Assembly: GCA_039931165.1 (NCBI GenBank)
Contig: JBDTSL010000002.1
Span: forward strand, 71,134 to 135,133
Source of the DNA: Candidatus Doudnabacteria bacterium
Lineage (GTDB): Bacteria > Patescibacteriota > Doudnabacteria > UBA920 > O2-02-FULL-48-8
Direction: 5' to 3'
Length of the DNA: 64,000 bases
The notes beneath the pieces are model-generated. The model made no database searches, had not been told where the DNA came from, and saw nothing but the letters and a program-made list of their open reading frames with translations. A program made the position numbers and the translations under genes. This document shows positions 58,483 to 64,000 of the stretch, piece after piece (the stretch's first letter is position 1; the number at the start of each line of letters is the position of its first letter).

Positions 58483-59367
58483 TTACTTTAGTTGTGGAAA
58501 TTTAATTTTTCTAGGAGCTTTATCCATAATAGTCTGCGGGGTATAAGACCAAAAGTTTATAAAACAATTTGGATTATTTGTACGTAATCCTTTTTTTGTC
58601 TGAAAAGAAATGGGTAAATTGTTTTTTCTACAAGCAGAATAAAATCTTTTAAGAACGTGGAATTTTTCCTCTTCGGCAGGAGTAAAATTAATTTCTTTAT
58701 TAGGTGTCGGAATTAGCTCCAATTGCTTGCTCTTAGTCCGTTCCCATTCGATGAATTTTTCAAAATGACCCCAGGAATAAGATCCTAAACCAGCAAACAA
58801 ATCCGAAACTTGTATTAAGGGCATGGAATGCGATGGGGTAGGAATAATCGATAACAATTTAACTCTCTGAAACTTAGAGACCATCCTAAAAAGATCATTA
58901 ACAAAATTATGTTTTTTACCATTAATACAATCCCACAAAACGTTCCAATCGACTGAGGATTGGTTGTCAGGAAACCATCTCCAAGAATGCCCGTCGATTG
59001 GCCATCTCTGGCTCAGTATTGACGAAATTAAATGATAATACATTCTAACCAAATTGGCATTATCATCTCTGTGTATTATTCCTCTATGCCTTGAGTCCAG
59101 TAAATCCCAAATAATTACATCTATTCTTAGTTTATCCCTGTTTAAAAAAATAAAATCGAGTATTTTTTCTGCTGCAAATCGGTACTTCGCACTGCTCAAT
59201 TTTCCCCATTTAAATTCTTTGCCAACATCCGAATTTTTATAGATTTCTAAAAGACCTGCATTCAATCGTTTAATATGATCACGGTTTACAGTTAAAACTG
59301 CTAAACTATTGAAGCGGCCCTGATGATGTTTCGAATCATCCGAAAAAGCAAAATGTGTTGGTAGCAT
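58483..59367 (-). CDS. DUF3800-like protein
   Basis: 294 aa; N-terminal 'FAFSDDSKHHQGRFNSLAVL' and C-terminal 'LIQVSDLFAGL' resemble the DUF3800 D...S / Q(V/L)ADL.A signature. Confidence 0.5.
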   Translation of the reverse strand: MLPTHFAFSDDSKHHQGRFNSLAVLTVNRDHIKRLNAGLLEIYKNSDVGKEFKWGKLSSAKYRFAAEKILDFIFLNRDKLRIDVIIWDLLDSRHRGIIHRDDNANLVRMYYHLISSILSQRWPIDGHSWRWFPDNQSSVDWNVLWDCINGKKHNFVNDLFRMVSKFQRVKLLSIIPTPSHSMPLIQVSDLFAGLGSYSWGHFEKFIEWERTKSKQLELIPTPNKEINFTPAEEEKFHVLKRFYSACRKNNLPISFQTKKGLRTNNPNCFINFWSYTPQTIMDKAPRKIKFPQLK

Positions 59368-59490
59368 AAATTTATAATATTAGTGGGAAAATCATCACAC
59401 AAACTACTTGAAAAATCAACCTAAATTCCAATATCTAAAAAGAATAAAAAACCGGATCCCATGGAAATTGTTCCACGAAACCCGGAGGGA

Positions 59491-59832
59491 CTACTTCGCA
59501 AACGCGCGGCGGAAATCGTCCACGCTCGAGCTGTTCGTAAACCGCGCGATGACCGGCCCGTGCAGATTATTCAGCCGCAGTTCGATCGACCCGCCGTCGG
59601 CATGAGCGTAGCTGAAGGCGTAAGGTTTGCCGCTGAGCTTGCACCACAGCACGTTGCACATCGAGCCTTGGTGGGAGCGGACCCGGATCGATCCCACGTC
59701 CACGTTGGCTACCAGATACCCGATGAGCGGGAAGACGATTGCCTTGATATTCGGCCCGTGGTGATTCGCCCGGCGAATGACGCCGGCAAAGTACTCCTTC
59801 AGTGTTTCCAGTGTCGTCACGTTTACTGACAT
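59491..59832 (-). CDS. hypothetical protein on a GC-rich (~60%) foreign patch
   Basis: 113 aa; composition protein-like, whereas the overlapping + strand ORF is Arg-rich antisense-like. No family assigned. Confidence 0.4.
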   Translation of the reverse strand: MSVNVTTLETLKEYFAGVIRRANHHGPNIKAIVFPLIGYLVANVDVGSIRVRSHQGSMCNVLWCKLSGKPYAFSYAHADGGSIELRLNNLHGPVIARFTNSSSVDDFRRAFAK

Positions 59833-59983
59833 AGAGCCTCCTCAAGGTTGCCCGGTCCCGTGTTTGTTTGGAGGCTAAGTATAGTCGGTACAGACGAAAG
59901 AATCAAGAGGAAGAACAGTGCAAACAAAAAGCCGCCTGGTGGAAAAAATCCCAGACGGCGCAAAGCAAACGTGGTCCAAGAAT

Positions 59984-60196
59984 TCAGCTCCTGGCGAGCC
60001 ATCCTTCCAGATCCCTGATCTGCTGATCGGTCTGGGCCGGGCAATCGCCGGTGATGCCCTCGACCGAATAGGGATCGGTGCCGCGGGCCCTGACCAGGTC
60101 CCGGAGGCGCTCGCGGATCCGATGCGGAGTTTCGACAGGAGCGGGCGCGGACGGCGCGGACGAACGGTCTAACAGTTCAGTAGCCGCTAGGCTCAT
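59984..60196 (-). CDS. hypothetical small protein on the GC-rich patch
   Basis: 70 aa; Ala/Pro/Arg-rich high-GC codon usage unlike the host genes. Confidence 0.3.
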   Translation of the reverse strand: MSLAATELLDRSSAPSAPAPVETPHRIRERLRDLVRARGTDPYSVEGITGDCPAQTDQQIRDLEGWLARS

Positions 60197-60250
60197 ATAC
60201 TACCTCCTTGAAAACGTATTTAAATTGTAAATCCATTTTTTTCGGTTGTC

Positions 60251-60294
60251 AAAAAAAGACCCTCCGCCAACTGGCGGATTGGGTCTTTTTTTTC
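60251..60294. terminator. bidirectional rho-independent terminator
   Basis: agaccc tccgccaactggcgga ttgggtct flanked by A7 and T8. Core ccgccaactggcgg is the reverse complement of the efp terminator core. Confidence 0.75.
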
Positions 60295-60305
60295 GTTTAG
60301 ATTTT

Positions 60306-61013
60306 CTACTTTTTGATCAAACTTGCGTTGGTGAAATTCGCCAGAGTTCCGGAAGCACTCAGCGTCACGTCTCTGCTGACCAGCGCGGTCAGATCTTGTT
60401 TGGTTTTCAGGTAAACCTTGGTCAAACCGGATACCACCATGTAGTTGCCCTTTGCTTGCTGGTCCGAGACGTGCAAACTGCCGGTGAATGTGACTTTGCC
60501 TTCGGTCTCGGCAGTGGGCGCGGAAGGCGCCTCGTTATCGGGTACGCCTCCCACATCAGCGCCTAAAACATCACCGGGCTTGGAGAGGCCCAGGAATGTA
60601 AATTTTTGCAGGGTTCCCTCGGCCCGCAGGTCCACGGCCTGGTCCATCAGGGTGGAGTAATCGCGCGCGGTGTGAATGTAAATTTTTCCTTTCGAACCAT
60701 CCACCACCAGATTGCCTTTGGCGGTGTTATCCGAAGTTTTCAGAACCCCGCTGGCGGCAATGTTGCCGGCAGAGTCCGTTTGCGCGGGCGAGGCAGGCTT
60801 AACGGTCAGTCCGTTTGAATTAACCGGCGGGGGCGGAACTTCGGCAGTATTGCCGGCAACGCTGTCGCCTGATTCCTGCTCCGGGTTTGGTTTATTCCCT
60901 ACTCTGGCCAGGACGATCAGCGCCACTATCACCACAATCAGACCGCCTATCATGTAAATTTGGGTTTTGGACTCTTTTAGATTTTTGTTTTGGCTGCTTT
61001 CGGTTTGGTCCAT
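60306..61013 (-). CDS. membrane-anchored protein with two ~70-aa internal repeats
   Basis: Probable start at MDQTES (61013); TM helix 'IYMIGGLIVVIVALIVLA'; repeats 'SGVLKTSDNTAKGNLVVDGSKGKIYIHTARDYSTL' / 'GSLHVSDQQAKGNYMVVSGLTKVYLKTKQDLTAL'. Confidence 0.45.
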   Translation of the reverse strand: MDQTESSQNKNLKESKTQIYMIGGLIVVIVALIVLARVGNKPNPEQESGDSVAGNTAEVPPPPVNSNGLTVKPASPAQTDSAGNIAASGVLKTSDNTAKGNLVVDGSKGKIYIHTARDYSTLMDQAVDLRAEGTLQKFTFLGLSKPGDVLGADVGGVPDNEAPSAPTAETEGKVTFTGSLHVSDQQAKGNYMVVSGLTKVYLKTKQDLTALVSRDVTLSASGTLANFTNASLIKK

Positions 61014-61148
61014 ATTGTTCCAAAAATTAATTGTAAAAGTCCGACATACTACGGATAGTATATATAAATATGGAAACTTTACAACCGGGGTCATATTCCC
61101 GCGATACCCTTGACAAAACCGTCATTTTAATGTAATCTTATATGTTAT

Positions 61149-61904
61149 ATGAGATTACGAATTCTTGCGACAACTACAGCTTCAATACTGTTACTGACAA
61201 TACCGTTATTTGTCGGCGCTTCTTCTCGCGTGGCCGTAAAGACCAAAACCATAGCCGCAACGGTTAAACCGGTTGCCCAAATCCGCGTCCCGGCCGCGAC
61301 TTTATTTGACCGAGTCAGCCCTTCGGTGGTTGAAGTCGGCTGTAATCTCGGCAGCGGCTTTGTATTTGACCATAACGGATATATTCTGACCAATGCTCAC
61401 GTCGTGGCAGGCTTCAGCACATGTAATATAAAACTGAACAATAATGTCATTTTGATCGGCACAGTTGTCGGGACCGACCCGGTCAACGATCTGGCTGTGA
61501 TCAAAATTGATCAAGACTTGCCGGTTCTGGCTTTGGGCGATTCTTCGCAGTCAGCGCTAACCCAAGGATCAAAAATCTATTTACTGGGCCATCCTCTGGG
61601 AGTATCGAACACCATCATCACTCAAGGAACCCTGACTTCAAGACATCAGATTTCTAATTTGAATTATTTGACCACTGACGCGGCCGTACAAGCCGGCAAC
61701 AGCGGCGGGCCGTGGGTCAATGAATCCGGCCAAGTGGTGGGTATGCACGAAGGTATTTTGGGAAATCCCGACGGCACAGCTTCCGGGATTGGGCTGGGCA
61801 TTCCGGTCAACACAATCAAAAACATGGTCCCGACATTAAAAGAGCCTGTTACGGCTACTGTTGCCGAAAAACTTCCGTTCGTCAGCTGGTTCGGCAGTTT
61901 CTAA
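61149..61904 (+). CDS. trypsin-like serine protease (S1 family, HtrA-type protease domain without PDZ)
   Basis: 251 aa; signal peptide; catalytic His 'LTNAHVV', Asp 'DLAVIKID', Ser 'GNSGGPWVN'. Confidence 0.8.
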   Translation: MRLRILATTTASILLLTIPLFVGASSRVAVKTKTIAATVKPVAQIRVPAATLFDRVSPSVVEVGCNLGSGFVFDHNGYILTNAHVVAGFSTCNIKLNNNVILIGTVVGTDPVNDLAVIKIDQDLPVLALGDSSQSALTQGSKIYLLGHPLGVSNTIITQGTLTSRHQISNLNYLTTDAAVQAGNSGGPWVNESGQVVGMHEGILGNPDGTASGIGLGIPVNTIKNMVPTLKEPVTATVAEKLPFVSWFGSF

Positions 61905-61914
61905 AACATTGCAA

Positions 61915-61951
61915 TAATAAAACAGCGGCTTCGCAGCCGCTGTTTTTTTTA
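61915..61951. terminator. bidirectional rho-independent terminator
   Basis: aacagcggc ttcg cagccgctgtt followed by T8; preceded by an A-rich run. Confidence 0.75.
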
Positions 61952-62338
61952 TTTACCGGCCTGTCTTCTTTTGTGCTCAGCGTTCCGCACTTGTCCTTCA
62001 TCCATGCCGAAGTGGTGGGCGATCTCGTGCCAGACGGTGTTTTTAACAATTTGCTTGACAATATCGGGATTATTTCCGGATGCCAGTTCGATCGGTTTGC
62101 GGAAGATCGTAATTTTATCCGGCAGGACCGAGGTATAATTCACGCCCCTTTTGTTCTGGGGCACGCCTTCATACAAGCCGAACAGAGTGCCGCCGTGGAC
62201 CAGATTAAATTTAGCCAGCTGGGCATACGTCGGCTCGTCGGCGATAGTGACCGCGACATTATCGAGCAGGTCCAAAAACTTTTTCGGGATCGCTTCCACG
62301 CCTTCATTCACCAGTTGTTCGAATTCTTCTTCGGTCAT
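61949..62338 (-). CDS. Zincin-like metallopeptidase family protein (HExxH)
   Basis: 129 aa; 'MTEEEFEQLVNEGVEAIP...VAVTIADEP' and 'VWHEIAHHFGMDE' match the Zincin_1/DUF1025-type pattern. Confidence 0.55.
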   Translation of the reverse strand: MTEEEFEQLVNEGVEAIPKKFLDLLDNVAVTIADEPTYAQLAKFNLVHGGTLFGLYEGVPQNKRGVNYTSVLPDKITIFRKPIELASGNNPDIVKQIVKNTVWHEIAHHFGMDEGQVRNAEHKRRQAGK

Positions 62339-62342
62339 GATG

Positions 62343-63413
62343 TTATTTTATAGTATTATTCTCTACTTTCAAAACCAGCGCGCCTTCGGAAACCCGCGGC
62401 AGATGGCGCTCTTCCGTGGAGGTGATAAAGATCTGGTGGCCGGACAGATTCTCGATCAGTTTCGCACGCCTGACCTCGTCCAGTTCCGAGAACACGTCGT
62501 CCAGAAGTATAATTGGTTTTTTGCCGGCCTCGGACAAATATTCGGCCTGAAGCAGTTTCAGGGCCAGGATCTGAGCCCGCAGTTCTCCTCTGGATGAGCT
62601 GTAAAGATTCGGTTCGTTGTTTTTTTTGATCTCAAAGTCATCCCGGTGCGGCCCGACCAAGTTTTTCCCGGAACGGATCTCGGCCTGCTTATGAACTTCT
62701 AAATATTCCAGGATTGCGGCTTCGGAACTCGCTTCGGTTCTTTTATATTCCACCAAATAACTATCGTTAAAGCCGGTTAAGTCCTGAATTTTGCCCTGTA
62801 TTTTCAAATTTAAAAAATCGATAAACTTTTGCCTGGTGTTTGTGATCCGAAACGCGATCGGGGCCAGCTGCTGGTTCCAAAAATCCAGCTGTTCGGTTTG
62901 CTCTGGCCCGGCTCCTGCGGTATAAATCTGCTCCAGCAAAGCCGATTTTTGCTTCAGGACATGGTCCAGGGATTCCAGGTCCATACTGTATGCCTGGTCT
63001 GTCTGGCTGAGGGTTTCGTCCAGATATTTGCGGCGCAGGATCGGGCCGAGATGGAACAGGTTCAGGTCATTGGGCACAAACAGCACCACCGGGAACGGCT
63101 GCCAAAAACCGCGTTTGGTTTTCAGGTCGTCCAGCTTGAACTGGCGCTTGAGAACCGGTACGGTCTGCAGTATCGCTTCCAGCTTCCGGGCGCCATAAAG
63201 TCCGGTCAGGCTGAAAAAATCTTCCTGGTTTTTCACCAGCAGGTTATCCGGTGCCCGAAACGATTTTAAGCGGGACAGAAAATAAATACTTTCCAAAAAA
63301 TTGGTTTTACCCGCGGCGTTGGGTCCCAGGATCAAAACTAAATCAGCATCAATTGCGATGCTGATCTTTTTGTAGTTGCGGAAATTTTCGAGCGAGATAT
63401 TTTGAAGGCGCAT
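62343..63413 (-). CDS. recF: DNA replication and repair protein RecF
   Basis: 356 aa; 'LILGPNAAGKTNFLESIYFLS' Walker A; 'ILLDDVFSELD' Walker B/signature region. Confidence 0.9.
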   Translation of the reverse strand: MRLQNISLENFRNYKKISIAIDADLVLILGPNAAGKTNFLESIYFLSRLKSFRAPDNLLVKNQEDFFSLTGLYGARKLEAILQTVPVLKRQFKLDDLKTKRGFWQPFPVVLFVPNDLNLFHLGPILRRKYLDETLSQTDQAYSMDLESLDHVLKQKSALLEQIYTAGAGPEQTEQLDFWNQQLAPIAFRITNTRQKFIDFLNLKIQGKIQDLTGFNDSYLVEYKRTEASSEAAILEYLEVHKQAEIRSGKNLVGPHRDDFEIKKNNEPNLYSSSRGELRAQILALKLLQAEYLSEAGKKPIILLDDVFSELDEVRRAKLIENLSGHQIFITSTEERHLPRVSEGALVLKVENNTIK

Positions 63414-63426
63414 AGGCCGAACTCTT

Positions 63427-64000
63427 TCAGAGCTTGATCGGCATGACTATATAAGTATAGTTGTCGCGGCCGGCGGGAGTGATCGCCGCCGGGGAAGCGT
63501 CGTTGATCATTTTGAAATTTATGCTTGGTTCAGAAAGATTATTCAGACAATCCAGCAGATAGCGGAAATTGAACACCGCTTTGTTTTCGTCCCCCGTGAC
63601 CTTGGCTTTGATCTTGGTGGTGTTCTCGCCTGAGGCCATGGAAGCGGCTGTCACGGTTATCCCCGTGGATTTTACTTCCAAATTGACATTGTTTGAGTCC
63701 GGGGCGAACAATGAAGCGGCCTTAAGCGCGTGCATGAACTCTTCCCGCTCTACCACGGCTTCGGTTTTGAATTCTTTGGGGATGATCTGCCGATAATCCG
63801 GATATGAGCCGTCGATCAGGCGGGAAATCAGTTCGGTTTCGTCAAACTTGAATAAAACCTGGCTATCGGAAAAGTAGATCTCTACCTGGCCCTGCCCGAT
63901 GGTCAGGATTTTGTACAGTTCAGCCACGGTCCTGGCCGGGATGATCACCTCTTTGGTGCCGGTGGCCGGTTCCAGAAGATGCGCTGTTCTTTCTGCCAGG
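63427..64000 (-). CDS. dnaN: DNA polymerase III subunit beta (C-terminal part; gene continues beyond the window)
   Basis: C-terminal '...NYTYIVMPIKL' clamp motif; typical recF-dnaN adjacency; the N-terminus lies past position 64000. Confidence 0.8.
   Translation of the reverse strand, partial: LAERTAHLLEPATGTKEVIIPARTVAELYKILTIGQGQVEIYFSDSQVLFKFDETELISRLIDGSYPDYRQIIPKEFKTEAVVEREEFMHALKAASLFAPDSNNVNLEVKSTGITVTAASMASGENTTKIKAKVTGDENKAVFNFRYLLDCLNNLSEPSINFKMINDASPAAITPAGRDNYTYIVMPIKL

Noticed and set aside
59461-59829. 122-aa + strand ORF fully overlapping the 113-aa minus-strand ORF on the GC-rich patch
   Set aside because: Arg/Pro-rich composition typical of an antisense frame in GC-rich DNA; the minus-strand frame looks protein-like.

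Overview
64-kb window from a small, moderately AT-rich bacterial genome. Short proteins, dispersed tsaB/tsaD/tsaE, truncated ValS and TsaB, weak Shine-Dalgarno sites, and the presence of FemAB-like and PilB genes give it a CPR/Patescibacteria-like flavour. That placement is inference only.

Housekeeping backbone, by sequence motifs: rpsR, efp, a Glu/Leu/Phe/Val-type dehydrogenase, two tandem trxB-like reductases, folD, an ECF sigma factor with a putative anti-sigma, tRNA-Glu(UUC), tsaD, valS, rpoC, rpoB, MFS transporter, tsaB, FemAB-like, ruvA, uvrB, rpsT, polA, pilB/gspE-like ATPase, tsaE, VanW, M29 aminopeptidase, ruvB, recF and a partial dnaN.

Accessory content:
1. A secreted lysyl-oxidase-like (LOX) copper amine oxidase homolog flanked by novel ~45-aa repeats.
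2. An MmeI-like Type IIG RM fusion gene plus an unlisted 58-aa AbrB/MazE-like gene, bounded by perfect 26-bp inverted repeats, inserted upstream of rpoB.
3. An AT-rich island (~49.8-59.4 kb) containing a SWIM zinc-finger + Cas4-like PD-(D/E)xK nuclease pair and a six-gene minus-strand operon: two beta-class amino-MTases, an unknown 207-aa protein, a 414-aa HNH-like protein, a PLD-family nuclease and a small HNH endonuclease. The island also holds an HD-domain (p)ppGpp-hydrolase-like gene behind a long structured leader with an attenuator-like terminator, a DUF3800-like gene and a GC-rich foreign patch.
4. A tRNA-Glu gene whose 5' 35 nt are directly duplicated around a GIY-YIG (YhbQ-like) ORF.
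5. Two families of duplicated ~120-nt structured non-coding elements with compensatory stem changes. One is at a tRNA and the rpsT leader. The other lies downstream of rpoC and ruvB and upstream of small membrane-protein genes.

The window also contains several repeat, palindrome and G-quadruplex features.
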